Part shown: piece by piece, positions 25,650 to 36,008 of the stretch
How the letters are laid out: the number at the start of each line of letters is the position of its first letter
Position numbering within the stretch: position 1 is the stretch's first letter
Source: a virus
Lineage: Duplodnaviria; Caudoviricetes
Strand: one strand, 5' to 3'
Virus record (IMG/VR): IMGVR_UViG_3300021400_001091
Location: 1 to 64,000 of that record
DNA: 64,000 bases
Position numbers and translations under genes: made by a program
The notes under the pieces: model-generated
Database searches by the model: none
Told to the model about the DNA's origin: nothing
The model's input: only the letters and a program-made list of their open reading frames with translations

Positions 25650-25841
25650 ATGGATGTACAATTAATTTTATTTTGTTTAGTCGCCTTTATTGTGTTAGTT
25701 GGAGTCTATAAGTTAGGCTACTATGTAGGATACAGAGATGGAGTTGAAGACGGCGCCACTTTAGTAACACAAGTTGGATTAGATGTTTTTGAACGAATTG
25801 TAAAGGCCGGCTTTGAAGATGTTGAAATTGAAAGAAAATAA
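25650..25841 (+). CDS. Small membrane protein
   Basis: N-terminal TM helix; followed by a bidirectional terminator at approximately 25844-25877. Confidence 0.65.
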   Translation: MDVQLILFCLVAFIVLVGVYKLGYYVGYRDGVEDGATLVTQVGLDVFERIVKAGFEDVEIERK

Positions 25842-25882
25842 AGAAAAGACCACTAACAATTAAGTTAGTGGTCTTTTTATAT

Positions 25883-26749
25883 CTATTTTGTAACTTTGAA
25901 TTTCCGACGTAATAGAGTCTTTACTGTACCTTTTGCATCAGTTGCTTTTATCTTATACCTATATTCTCCCACAGGTAGTTTTCTAAAAGCAATATATTGG
26001 TCGATTTTATTTAAGTTGTAGGTTTTTGAATTGGGTACTACTGATTTAGTTGCATAACTTATATCCTTTCCATTATCTGCCCGTTCAACTACTACCACAA
26101 CTTTCTTCAAAATATTTGCGCTGGTAATTTTACCCTTTACAGTAAAGCGGCTTCCTTTCTTAAGTATGGTTGGATATGATGCGCCGGTCAGTGTGAACTT
26201 ACTTGCGACAATTGAAGTAGTAAGTTTAGAACGCAAGGTTTTCCAACCACTATCGGAAATTAAGTACGTTTTCAAGTTATATTCTGGATAGGCGCCAGGG
26301 CACTCCTTTCCAGTTACGTCAAAGTGACGAATTACTCTTGATGCAGGAACATTGTACTTCTTCATAAGGTAACGTACCAATTCACCGGTATTTTTAATCG
26401 TACCGTTCTTAACAATGTATTTACCATTCTTTCTGATAACGCACATCTCGATACCGATAGAATTGAGGTTGGTACATATTCCATGATATTTTGCTCCTCC
26501 GTTGCTTTTGCCGTAATCCTGAAGTCCACCGCCGCAGTGCCAAGCCGCAACATTGTCGTTGACGGATTGCCAAATCGAGTTTTCATCTACGAAATAGTGC
26601 GCGGAGGCTCTACGATCGCCGCCATAGAAGTAATCTACGTTATTCTTAGCGGTTGATACGGCGCCGACATAGTGGATTACGATGTACTTAATTGTGTTCC
26701 CATAACGTGGAGAATGGTTATAGGGACTTATTTTTTTGTTTATCTTCAT
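25883..26749 (-). CDS. Endolysin, N-acetylmuramoyl-L-alanine amidase
   Basis: IVIHYVG, ASAHYFVD, SIGIEMC and RHFDVTGKECPG motifs; C-terminal domain similar to the 17358 amidase. Confidence 0.9.
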   Translation of the reverse strand: MKINKKISPYNHSPRYGNTIKYIVIHYVGAVSTAKNNVDYFYGGDRRASAHYFVDENSIWQSVNDNVAAWHCGGGLQDYGKSNGGAKYHGICTNLNSIGIEMCVIRKNGKYIVKNGTIKNTGELVRYLMKKYNVPASRVIRHFDVTGKECPGAYPEYNLKTYLISDSGWKTLRSKLTTSIVASKFTLTGASYPTILKKGSRFTVKGKITSANILKKVVVVVERADNGKDISYATKSVVPNSKTYNLNKIDQYIAFRKLPVGEYRYKIKATDAKGTVKTLLRRKFKVTK

Positions 26750-26758
26750 AGATACCTC

Positions 26759-27004
26759 CTATATAATTTTTAACGACTTTTTAATTTCTCTTATTTGCTC
26801 TTTTAGCTCGTCATGGCGTTGCCACATTGTATTCATGTCGCTTTCAATTTTATAAATGCGCTCAACCACTCGATTGTTTTCTTCAATCTTTTTTGCTAAT
26901 TCATCTACTCGGTAGGCGATTAAGCGGTTTGTATTGATTGCTACAATTAAAGCAGGGACGGCTCCAATTAGGGCAGGTAAGAGAATTATTAGAAGTTCGT
27001 TCAT
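26759..27004 (-). CDS. Holin-like / XhlA-like membrane protein
   Basis: One TM helix plus coiled coil, directly upstream of the endolysin. Confidence 0.6.
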   Translation of the reverse strand: MNELLIILLPALIGAVPALIVAINTNRLIAYRVDELAKKIEENNRVVERIYKIESDMNTMWQRHDELKEQIREIKKSLKII

Positions 27005-27017
27005 TGAGAGCCCTCCT

Positions 27018-27461
27018 TTATTTTAATCGAACAAGTTGCATATACCAGGTTAAATTTTGAGCTGACCCACTATTTTGTCTTGCTCTTAAATCAACAGTGA
27101 AACTTGAAGTACTTTTGTATTGATACATTACTTGTAAAGCCATGGCATTGTTAGTTACTGATGGTTTTTGAGCATAAGCGGCACCAATAGCACTATTATT
27201 TATAGCCATTTGTATACCTCTATAACCGGTAGCACTAGCACCAAACCTACAATCAAAAATTATTATCCAAGTACCAGCAGGAATAGTTTTATTTACACCA
27301 AGACTTGTTAAGGTTGTACCACTAGCAAAGTTAGATACTGTACCATAATACCAAGAAGCAGTATGACCTAAAGCATCTGTACCACTTACATCATTGTCAA
27401 AAACATCTATATTATTAAAATGTCCTACTAATTTTTCTAATAATGCTTTTATATTTAACAT
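27018..27461 (-). CDS. Receptor-binding-like beta protein, paralog 3
   Basis: MLNIKALLEKLV.H.N N-terminus shared with two neighbours. Confidence 0.7.
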   Translation of the reverse strand: MLNIKALLEKLVGHFNNIDVFDNDVSGTDALGHTASWYYGTVSNFASGTTLTSLGVNKTIPAGTWIIIFDCRFGASATGYRGIQMAINNSAIGAAYAQKPSVTNNAMALQVMYQYKSTSSFTVDLRARQNSGSAQNLTWYMQLVRLK

Positions 27462-27470
27462 TAAGTTCAC

Positions 27471-27911
27471 CTATTTAAGTTTCATAGCTCTATAATAAAA
27501 GTTACTCAAATTTAAAGCTGTTGTACTTGAACTACTATATTGCCTTACATCAAAATCTAATTTCCAAGAAGAGGTTTTATTGAAAGTAGCAGATAATTCA
27601 ATTGCTGCCGCGCCAGTTCCAGCTTGCCAATGTGTAGTTCCATAATATGCTCCACCTGCATTTATACGAGCGCTTCTATAAGAGGTGTTAGCCTTAGAAG
27701 CAAAACGCATTGAAGCAAAAACTACCCAAGTTCCAGCAGAAAGAGTGGGTGCTGTCCAATTACTCCCAGCTAAAGTATCTACGCTTTGCCAGGTATTAGA
27801 ATTTGGTATGCTAATTGCGCTATCATATCCGTAATTATCGCTTGGTTCAACAGTTCCAATTGTATTATAATGTTGAACCAATTTTAATAATAAAGCCTTT
27901 ATATCTAACAT
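27471..27911 (-). CDS. Receptor-binding-like beta protein, paralog 2
   Basis: MLDIKALLLKLVQHYN; AGTW, YRSARI and AMKLK pattern. Confidence 0.7.
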   Translation of the reverse strand: MLDIKALLLKLVQHYNTIGTVEPSDNYGYDSAISIPNSNTWQSVDTLAGSNWTAPTLSAGTWVVFASMRFASKANTSYRSARINAGGAYYGTTHWQAGTGAAAIELSATFNKTSSWKLDFDVRQYSSSSTTALNLSNFYYRAMKLK

Positions 27912-27919
27912 TGTCTCAC

Positions 27920-28342
27920 CTATTTAATACGCAAAGCAGTTAATGACCAGTTTACATCTTCTGCAGCGCTTCCTTTATTTTGACAACCTCTTACATGAAG
28001 AGTAAATGGTACGTCACTTTTAATTGCACCAACACAGCTCATCCATATTCCATATGTAGCGCCAGGAGATGGAATTTGCATACGAGAAGCCCCTTTATTT
28101 ATAACCGACCCTCCTTGTGGGGTATAGCCCAATTGAACGAGACGATAACCACTTGAATATCCGCCGAATTCTACATGACCACGACATATATAAACTCCAG
28201 CTGGAAGATTTGTTATTGAACCAAAAGTTGATAAACTGGTGCTTGAAGAAAGTGAAGCAATTGTACCAGAATTAGAATAAAAATCTCCAACGTTATTATA
28301 ATGATTGACTAATTTTAATAATAGAGCTTTTATATTTAACAT
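27920..28342 (-). CDS. Receptor-binding-like beta protein, paralog 1
   Basis: MLNIKALLLKLVNHYN; PAGVY, YRLVQL and ALRIK pattern. Confidence 0.7.
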   Translation of the reverse strand: MLNIKALLLKLVNHYNNVGDFYSNSGTIASLSSSTSLSTFGSITNLPAGVYICRGHVEFGGYSSGYRLVQLGYTPQGGSVINKGASRMQIPSPGATYGIWMSCVGAIKSDVPFTLHVRGCQNKGSAAEDVNWSLTALRIK

Positions 28343-28353
28343 TTACTTACTCC

Positions 28354-29757
28354 TTATACTATAACAGAAGAAGTCCAGCCAGCTGTATTTATAGCAGTAT
28401 ATAATGAGTCAGAAGTTGCAAGATCCATGTAAAACAAGTTGCCCTGTACCGTTCCGTTAAATGTTACATCTCCATTCGCATTTGTAATTGCTGCGATTCC
28501 ACCACTTACAATTGAACTTCCATTCAACGTTACATCAGTTACTGGAACTGAAGGTATGTCAGAAGTTAAAGCTACTGTACCTGTAGCATCTGGAAGCGTT
28601 ATAGTCCTAGTTGATGTACCAACACTTGATTTAATAACAGTTAAGTTTTGAGAACTAGGCAAATATATTTCACCTGGATAGTTATAATTACCAACTTTTA
28701 AAGTAGTTGCATTGGAAAGTGCTTCTACATAAAATCTACCCGTTGCCAACCTAACCTTAGTTGAAGCATCTGTACTATTAGTAGTTAGTACTGGATAAAG
28801 TTGCGCATCGGCTGTTTGTTCAATTACCGCCAACTTTTCATCAGTAGTTACATATCCAGCATCATTCGTAAAGACTGATATATTAGTCGGTACTGTTGGA
28901 ATATCAGAAGTTAATGCCAATGTACCTGTAGTAGCAGGTAACGTAATAGTTGTATTAGTAGTCATACTACCGTTAAGAACAATAATAGCTTCATGAGTTT
29001 TTAACAAGGACAGCTTTCCACCTTTACTGCTAGTACCGATTGTTAACCAATTACTATTATTATCCATAACAAAATTCAATCCTTCTGCATATTTTTTAGT
29101 TTCTGCAGAAGATGAAGTTCCTGTTAAAATGGGATAATAATAGGTTCCAGTAGTTGTTGTAACAGAAGTTTTTAATTTTTCATCTGTTCCAGCTGATATA
29201 GCCGCCCAGGTAGGTGCGCCACTACCATTAGATTTGAGATAATATCCGCTTGTTCCAGCACTAGTAGGAGCATAGAAAGATGGAGAAGTTGTAGTACTTC
29301 CATTAAGTGAAATTGTAGGTACTGTGGGTATATTAGAAATTAAAGCTAAAGTTCCAGAAGCGGATGGCAGAGTTATTGTTGTATCTTTAGTCGCATTTGG
29401 TACAAGAGTTGTAAAATCTCCAGAAGAACCAGAATTAGATAACCGTAATTGTCCTTTTGTACCAACTCCATTTCCAATTCTAAGATTAAAAACATCATAG
29501 TTAGAATCTTTATACCCAACTTGCAACAAAGTAGAATATTTTTTTGTTTCTGCAGTTGATGCATTTGTAGTGAGTACTGGATAATAAGCAGTTGTAGAAT
29601 TAGCTAATGCACTTGTTTTTAATTTTTCATCTGTAGTTACATATCCTGCGTCATTTGTAAACACAGATACGTTGGTTGGTACAGTTGGAATTGCTGCATC
29701 CACATATTCTTTAGTTGTTATATCTAAATTATTATCAATTGCAGCTAAATTTTTCAT
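28354..29757 (-). CDS. Tail fibre protein with internal repeats
   Basis: Repeated IPTVPTN.SVFTNDAGYVTTDEKL and ITLP..TGT.AL.SDIP; start reset to MKNLAA. Confidence 0.75.
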   Translation of the reverse strand: MKNLAAIDNNLDITTKEYVDAAIPTVPTNVSVFTNDAGYVTTDEKLKTSALANSTTAYYPVLTTNASTAETKKYSTLLQVGYKDSNYDVFNLRIGNGVGTKGQLRLSNSGSSGDFTTLVPNATKDTTITLPSASGTLALISNIPTVPTISLNGSTTTSPSFYAPTSAGTSGYYLKSNGSGAPTWAAISAGTDEKLKTSVTTTTGTYYYPILTGTSSSAETKKYAEGLNFVMDNNSNWLTIGTSSKGGKLSLLKTHEAIIVLNGSMTTNTTITLPATTGTLALTSDIPTVPTNISVFTNDAGYVTTDEKLAVIEQTADAQLYPVLTTNSTDASTKVRLATGRFYVEALSNATTLKVGNYNYPGEIYLPSSQNLTVIKSSVGTSTRTITLPDATGTVALTSDIPSVPVTDVTLNGSSIVSGGIAAITNANGDVTFNGTVQGNLFYMDLATSDSLYTAINTAGWTSSVIV

Positions 29758-29864
29758 ATCTACCTCATTTATATAAACTGCCCTTTCCATTTTCTGGAAA
29801 GGGCAGAACAACATCTTCCCTTAATTTTATTATATCATAATTATAAAGAGAAGTCAAGTTTTAA

Positions 29865-31598
29865 TTAAACTGTAACTATGCACTTAATTGTAATCGCAGA
29901 ACTTTGCGCCGTATTGATTGAGAAGTTAGTTCCATCATAATCAACAACAACGGCCTCTCCACCCATATATGCTTGGAAAGTAAGCAATTTACTTGCAACT
30001 CCACTCGCACTAACTGAAGTTTGTCCTGCTGCAATTGTAAGAGTCTGATAAGTAATCGCGCCAGCTGATGCTGCAGATAAGTTATCTAAAGTAACTTTAT
30101 CAGCCGCACTCATTAAACCAGCAGTAGTTTGAGTTACATTACTAATTGTAACCGCGCCAGTTGAACCATTAACACTTGTAACGTAATCGCCAAGTAAACC
30201 AGTAATATCAGATTTTCCAACTGCAGTTGTTCCATTAACATGACCATAAGCATCAGTGCTAAACTTATAAAAACCACTTGTTTTAGTCGTCGCGCCGCTT
30301 GGTGTGCCATGGGTTAGAGTAATACTACCAGATGAAGTGATTGGGCTACCACTTACAGAAATTAATCCACCATTGGTAATTCCTACGCTGGTAACTGTAC
30401 CGCTTGGTTCATCACCGGATGGAACGACAACCCATTCAGAACCAGTTGAAATAATTGTGTCGCCAACTGCCGCAGCGGGTTTTCCAGTTTCCGCCGTATG
30501 AGCAGTAATTACTTTATAAGTATGACCTTCATTGGCTGCGGCTGCAGCAGGTAAGTTTGCCCAAGTAACTGTACCACCGGTACCAACGGAACCCTTAAAT
30601 ACCATTGGCTCTGGAAGGGCTTCAATTGCACTATCAACATAAGTTTTAACAGCACCAGAAGTTGGTAAGCTAGCACTTGAATCAACTGTTGTTACAACGG
30701 CCTTATATGCTGCTGCATCTAATCCCTTGACAGAAACATTACTTCCGGCAATCTTTACTTGACCATTTGAATCACCAGTAGCAAGTGCAATGCTATGAAC
30801 GTGATCACTCTTTGACCAAGTTGTCGCGCTACCACCAGAGGCAGTAGTTGAAACCGCAGTTGCTGTAGTTCCAGCAGAAGGTATATCTGGAGTTTCTCCA
30901 TTAATAGTTATAATATAACCATCATCTTTACTTTGACTAGAAGTAACTGAAACCGTTCCAGTTCCAATAATTTGATGAACACTACGTACAGTATTATTTT
31001 CAATCAAATTTAAATATGGATTTGTTAATGTGTTGCCGATTTGTGTTGTTGAAGAATAACTATCTGTAGTAATTAACTTGGCTGTCCATTGAGAGGTTAA
31101 TGGGGTGATTGTATTAGAACCTAAAGTAATAACTCCATTTGCAATTTTTGCATCAGTAATTCCATAACCAGCAAGAGTTGTAGCAGAATTAGCTTTACCT
31201 TCAATTGCCGCCTTAACCGTAGTATTATCACTAGATGACATTGTTAAATCAGAAGCATAAGCTGCCGCGGTTGTCTTAATATGCCCATGACCATCGGTAG
31301 TAATTTTCTTAATTCCGGCAGTACTAACCGCGCTAGTTGTTTCAATATCCTTATGATTAATAGTAACCGCGCCAGTTGAAGCAGAAACATTAATATCTGT
31401 TCCGCTTGTAATACTAGTTACTCCACCATCATCTATAATTGGAACCCATTTCGTCCCATTATAATAATACATCACATCATCTGCTGTATTATAATAAATC
31501 TGTCCATCTGTTGGATTAGATGGCGCAGCCGCAAGATTTTGTATTTTTGCATTTTGCAGCTCGTTTTTATTCAAATTAAGATTAACTAAATAATCCAT
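29865..31598 (-). CDS. Tail fibre protein
   Basis: S/T/G/A-rich; TTLAGYGITDA, VTSVNG.TGAV and GLMSAADK fibre motifs. Confidence 0.8.
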   Translation of the reverse strand: MDYLVNLNLNKNELQNAKIQNLAAAPSNPTDGQIYYNTADDVMYYYNGTKWVPIIDDGGVTSITSGTDINVSASTGAVTINHKDIETTSAVSTAGIKKITTDGHGHIKTTAAAYASDLTMSSSDNTTVKAAIEGKANSATTLAGYGITDAKIANGVITLGSNTITPLTSQWTAKLITTDSYSSTTQIGNTLTNPYLNLIENNTVRSVHQIIGTGTVSVTSSQSKDDGYIITINGETPDIPSAGTTATAVSTTASGGSATTWSKSDHVHSIALATGDSNGQVKIAGSNVSVKGLDAAAYKAVVTTVDSSASLPTSGAVKTYVDSAIEALPEPMVFKGSVGTGGTVTWANLPAAAAANEGHTYKVITAHTAETGKPAAAVGDTIISTGSEWVVVPSGDEPSGTVTSVGITNGGLISVSGSPITSSGSITLTHGTPSGATTKTSGFYKFSTDAYGHVNGTTAVGKSDITGLLGDYVTSVNGSTGAVTISNVTQTTAGLMSAADKVTLDNLSAASAGAITYQTLTIAAGQTSVSASGVASKLLTFQAYMGGEAVVVDYDGTNFSINTAQSSAITIKCIVTV

Positions 31599-31613
31599 TC
31601 TCTTCCCTCCGTC

Positions 31614-32234
31614 TTAATTGCAATAAGCTTTTCCACTAAAAGCCGCATTGAAATTAATAACGGCTTGTTCTGTAGTTTGTAAAATTATCTCTCCAACGAC
31701 TACTGTTCCTGCACTATCAACAACAGTAATTGAAGGGTATTTTCCTAAATTATGTACTACTGTCCAAGTGGCAGCAGGTAAATTTTGCTTAAATACAAAG
31801 TTTTTATCACTCTTCAAATCCAATTCTTCAACGGTCGTTTGTAAATTACTTATATCATTTGTATTGGTATTAATTTGGTTTTCTGCCATAGTCATGCGGC
31901 CCTTTAGTTCTTCAATAGAAGTACTTTCTATCTCTATAAAGTCGTCATTACTATATCTATAACCACTATTAGTAACTGTATCTATATATAAAACCCCTTC
32001 TTCTCCATCAACTCCATCGAGACCATCAACAAATCTTACATTTGTTTCTTCTCTCTCATCTATATAAGGCAGTTCACTCCAATGAGTAACTCCATCTCCT
32101 ATTTTAACCCTTTGTACATCTAATGAAAAAGCAGGTTCTCCAATCGCCAGAACTGGATCAATCCGTTCCCAGTCACTTTCGGGCCCGCGCCGTAACTGGA
32201 TAATCGCTTTTACGTGTCTTATTTTAGTCGCCAT
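31614..32234 (-). CDS. Structural protein with Mtd/hyaluronidase-type N-terminal domain
   Basis: IQLRRG...W...PVLAIGEP....KIGDGVTHWSELPY; C-terminal HNLGKYPSITVVD. Confidence 0.7.
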   Translation of the reverse strand: MATKIRHVKAIIQLRRGPESDWERIDPVLAIGEPAFSLDVQRVKIGDGVTHWSELPYIDEREETNVRFVDGLDGVDGEEGVLYIDTVTNSGYRYSNDDFIEIESTSIEELKGRMTMAENQINTNTNDISNLQTTVEELDLKSDKNFVFKQNLPAATWTVVHNLGKYPSITVVDSAGTVVVGEIILQTTEQAVINFNAAFSGKAYCN

Positions 32235-32856
32235 ATCCTTCTACGCCTCCGCCATCATAATATATAATCTCATCATAATAAATATCTTCAGGCTTGGAGG
32301 TTTGAACTTCAGCTTTAAATTTCTCAATCATTCCACCAGTCTTCATAAACTTAACTTTTCCGAAATTATTTTGAGAAGAATTAAAGCCTACTTTAAATGA
32401 GTTGTCCTTGTTCATCTATATATTCTCCTGTGTCTCTGGAATAGTTCCGTCCTTTAAAACTCCAAAAATTCTTTCTTTGACTGGGAATGATGCATAAGCT
32501 TCTCCGTCGACTAAAAGTCGAATTTGGATAACTGCTATGTTCTTTTCCGCTGCCTTGAAAAAGTCAAAATTGAGGGTGTCTTCTTGAGTTAAATGAACTG
32601 TTGCTTGACAATAAGAGGTATCGTCTTCTGGTTCTACAACATTGGCGTCGTTGCTACCAAAAGAATCCCCACTGTTTTCATCGGTGATGAAGCCATTGGA
32701 GTCGTCGTTTGTAATATCTTCCAGCGTAATCTGTTCGCCGGTCTTTTCCACTTTCATCTGACCATTTTGGATATAAGTGATGTAGATATCGCTTATATCT
32801 GCGGTTGTGAATGGTAGGATAAAACTATGGAATGGTGTTGTTCCTCTCATTATCAT
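32224..32856 (-). CDS. Two small tail-associated genes (32416-32856 and 32224-32415)
   Basis: Coupled ORFs; MRGTTP...LTQEDTL...QIRL pattern seen in baseplate-associated proteins. Confidence 0.65.
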
Positions 32857-32967
32857 TGTATATTAACCCCCTTGTAAATCCATTTCTCTTATTAAGTAGA
32901 AAATAGAGTGAGATGGTATGTATTTGTGGGAAATAAATAGAGGCTTAGTTTATAAGCCTCTATTTAG

Positions 32968-35900
32968 TTATGCAACTCTCATTGCTCGTATAGAACCATT
33001 TATAGTTATATCATCACTTGAAGTAATCGCAGTATATGAAGATATTTGAATAGCTAAAACAGTATTATCTGCTGTCACTTCATAGCAAACACAAGTGTTT
33101 TGTCTACCTACCATACTATTTGGCGAGAAATAAACGGTTGATCCACCAAGTGTTACATCTCCAGTTGTATTACGTATTCTAATTCCAGTTCTAGCCGTCC
33201 AACCTGATTCATACCCTGCATTTCCTTGAATAACCCAAGAGCCTTTACTTAGCGTTATAGTGGCAAGTGTAGTCCAAGTCTGTGCAGACAATGTAGTTTT
33301 TGAACCACTTATTAAATCTGTTGTATAACCAATTTGTGAGGTATGGTTATTAATATAAATACTTGATCCATAAATAGGAACATTAGATGTTATACGATCA
33401 TTATAAACATAAAATTTTCCTTTCCAATCTGGAGTGGCCAATGTCGTATCCCAAGTTCTCAAAGCGTGATAACCATGAGCATCATAATATATGTTATTTT
33501 CTCCAAGATAATCCGCAGCAACAATTCTTGTTTTATTTTGTGGGCTACTATCTCCACTATTAAGATATATAGAATGACCTTTTGTTAGTTTTAAGTCACT
33601 ACTAATTGTTGTCGCGCCGGATACAGTTAAAGTATTAGATAAAGTTGTTGCACCAGATATATCTATTGTACTTCCTAAAATATTAGTTTTATAATTGTTT
33701 GAACCGATATTAATATAATTTACTTTATTATCATTTATAGTATCTGTAACTGACCCTATCATTGGCATTGTAACAACATTACTAGAATCTGAATTGTCTA
33801 CTCCATAAATTGAAGTATTAGTTAACAAATAAATTGGTAAACCAACTTTAAACTTATCATATTCAGCTGGTGCCCCAAAAGCAATTCCATGGCCTGGTTC
33901 AGTTGCGGTATAATACTTTTTATTTTGTTGAGGTGTTAAATCCGCAGTTTGAATGTATTTTTTTTCTGCTTCAATTTTAATATAGTCGTCATCTTGTAAA
34001 AATTCTGCTACATAGGTAATACCTATACTTGCTAAATCTATGTTAGAACTATAGCCTCCATCTCCCGTCGTACCACTCCAACCAGGAGTGGTAGTAGAAT
34101 ATGTAAATTCAAGTCTTATTCTATCAAACGAATAATTTTCACAAAAAGTATCTGCATTAACGCTAACACTAGTAATATTTTCGCTATAAGTTACACTTTT
34201 AATAGAATTGTTTTCATACAATACGACTCCGCTAGGAAAACCACCGCTTACATCAGCTTCATTATATTCAACTTGTCCATAAATATCCATTATAAAATAA
34301 GCCTTTGATAAGAAAGTGCTTTTAGTTGAACTAGTATAGGTAGTTTCTGAAGTAGTTTCATCTATATATATACTTATATTATAAGCCTCATCTTTTGAAA
34401 ATTGACTATAATCACTCCCATTGCTTTGTATTATCCAACTTATTTCTCCACTGTTCCCAGTTAATTGCTTATCATCAAAAGTTATACCAGAAGGAAGAGA
34501 TGGGTTATCAATTTCTATATGTGCCGTTGCAGATGTAACACTAGAATCTAAAGCCCAGCCAACAGTTAATAAAGCATAAGTACCCTCATCATCAGGCTGT
34601 TCGTTTTGATCAGCACGTATTACATTCAATTTAGTAATTTGTGGATTTTGATGCGCAACTTCCCATTGAGCATATAAAGTTATAGAAGCATTAGCTGAAT
34701 AAACCTGACCGGGGGAATAACTGGTTCCAGTACCATCACTTTCTGTATTCCATCCTGTAAAATTATGGCCACTTCGTGTCGGTATTGAAGATGTTAATGT
34801 TAGGTTTACTCCATAAGTTTTTGCTTGTGTTGCAGGAGGATTGCTACCCTTATTTGCATTATAACTTACAGAATACATTTTTACTTGCCATTGAGCATAT
34901 AAAATTAAATTTGCATTTGCGCTATAAGTAGCTGCTCTATTATAAGAGGTACCACTTCCATTAGCCGCTGTATTCCAATTTATAAAATCATGCCCTGGCC
35001 GTGCGGGTGAATTGGTTGCTAAAGTTAAATTCACTCCATAATTTTTTGTCTGTTGAGCGGGCATATCTGTAACAGAAGTTCCATTTGGATTATAAGAAAC
35101 AGTATATGTAAGCCTTTCCCATACAGCATACAATGTATCATTACTAGATAAAGAAATCGTATCTCCAGCAGAATATTTGGCACTAGCAGCACTACTTGAA
35201 GTATTCCAGCCTAAAAATTTATATCCTGTTCTAGTTGGTTTAGTAGCTGAAATTGTAAAGGTGTGACTTTTTGTATCATTGTATACTGTATATGAACTCG
35301 CATTTGGCGCGCCACTACCTCCATTAGCACTATAAGTAAGGGTGATAGTTTTTTTCCATAATGCATATAAAGTATCACTAGCATTTTTAGTGTAGTTACC
35401 TTCTAAACTATAACTTTTTTCTGTCTGTGTAGAAGTGGTTCCCCAACCAAATAAAGTATAACCACTCTTAGAAAAATTTGTACCCTTAAATAATGTTAAA
35501 GTTTCTCCATACCATTTAGTTTGCTTATTAGTAGATCCAGAGTTTGTTCCTCCATTAGCATTATATGTTACTGTATAAGAGGGTTTAGCACCAGGATTAA
35601 AAGTTGCCGTATAATCAGAGGTTCCAGCTGTGACCCCAGGGTGTCCATCTACCGTTACACCATAAGCACTAACTTTTACTTTAATAGTTTTAGAGCTATG
35701 ACCACGTGGAATTTTAATTGTTTTTGAAACAGACGCATCAGTAGTAAAACTTGTACTATAAGAAATGACACCCGTATCTGATCCAGTGGTATACCCAGAA
35801 TATCCCGATGTATCACCTGTTACTTCAACAAGTACTTTAATTCCCCAGCCACTCAAATGTTGAGCTTGCGCGCGACCAATCCATTTTAACACATAGGTAC

Positions 35901-36006
35901 TATCTGTACTACTGTCAGTATCCCACTCAAGTTGCGCCCTATACTGTGCTGAACTTCCATATTGAGACATAGTTCTTATGTCTCCATTTTTAACGCCTGT
36001 TGACAT
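32968..36006 (-). CDS. Tail protein with InlB B-type (Listeria-Bacteroides) repeats and a C-terminal beta RBP domain
   Basis: Four YTVTYNANGG...P.R.G..F.GWNT...LYA.W repeats. Confidence 0.8.
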   Translation of the reverse strand: MSTGVKNGDIRTMSQYGSSAQYRAQLEWDTDSSTDSTYVLKWIGRAQAQHLSGWGIKVLVEVTGDTSGYSGYTTGSDTGVISYSTSFTTDASVSKTIKIPRGHSSKTIKVKVSAYGVTVDGHPGVTAGTSDYTATFNPGAKPSYTVTYNANGGTNSGSTNKQTKWYGETLTLFKGTNFSKSGYTLFGWGTTSTQTEKSYSLEGNYTKNASDTLYALWKKTITLTYSANGGSGAPNASSYTVYNDTKSHTFTISATKPTRTGYKFLGWNTSSSAASAKYSAGDTISLSSNDTLYAVWERLTYTVSYNPNGTSVTDMPAQQTKNYGVNLTLATNSPARPGHDFINWNTAANGSGTSYNRAATYSANANLILYAQWQVKMYSVSYNANKGSNPPATQAKTYGVNLTLTSSIPTRSGHNFTGWNTESDGTGTSYSPGQVYSANASITLYAQWEVAHQNPQITKLNVIRADQNEQPDDEGTYALLTVGWALDSSVTSATAHIEIDNPSLPSGITFDDKQLTGNSGEISWIIQSNGSDYSQFSKDEAYNISIYIDETTSETTYTSSTKSTFLSKAYFIMDIYGQVEYNEADVSGGFPSGVVLYENNSIKSVTYSENITSVSVNADTFCENYSFDRIRLEFTYSTTTPGWSGTTGDGGYSSNIDLASIGITYVAEFLQDDDYIKIEAEKKYIQTADLTPQQNKKYYTATEPGHGIAFGAPAEYDKFKVGLPIYLLTNTSIYGVDNSDSSNVVTMPMIGSVTDTINDNKVNYINIGSNNYKTNILGSTIDISGATTLSNTLTVSGATTISSDLKLTKGHSIYLNSGDSSPQNKTRIVAADYLGENNIYYDAHGYHALRTWDTTLATPDWKGKFYVYNDRITSNVPIYGSSIYINNHTSQIGYTTDLISGSKTTLSAQTWTTLATITLSKGSWVIQGNAGYESGWTARTGIRIRNTTGDVTLGGSTVYFSPNSMVGRQNTCVCYEVTADNTVLAIQISSYTAITSSDDITINGSIRAMRVA

Positions 36007-36008
36007 TT

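Noticed and set aside
27018-32234. Diversity-generating retroelement acting on fibre genes
   Set aside because: No reverse transcriptase and no near-identical TR/VR pair differing at adenines seen in the window.
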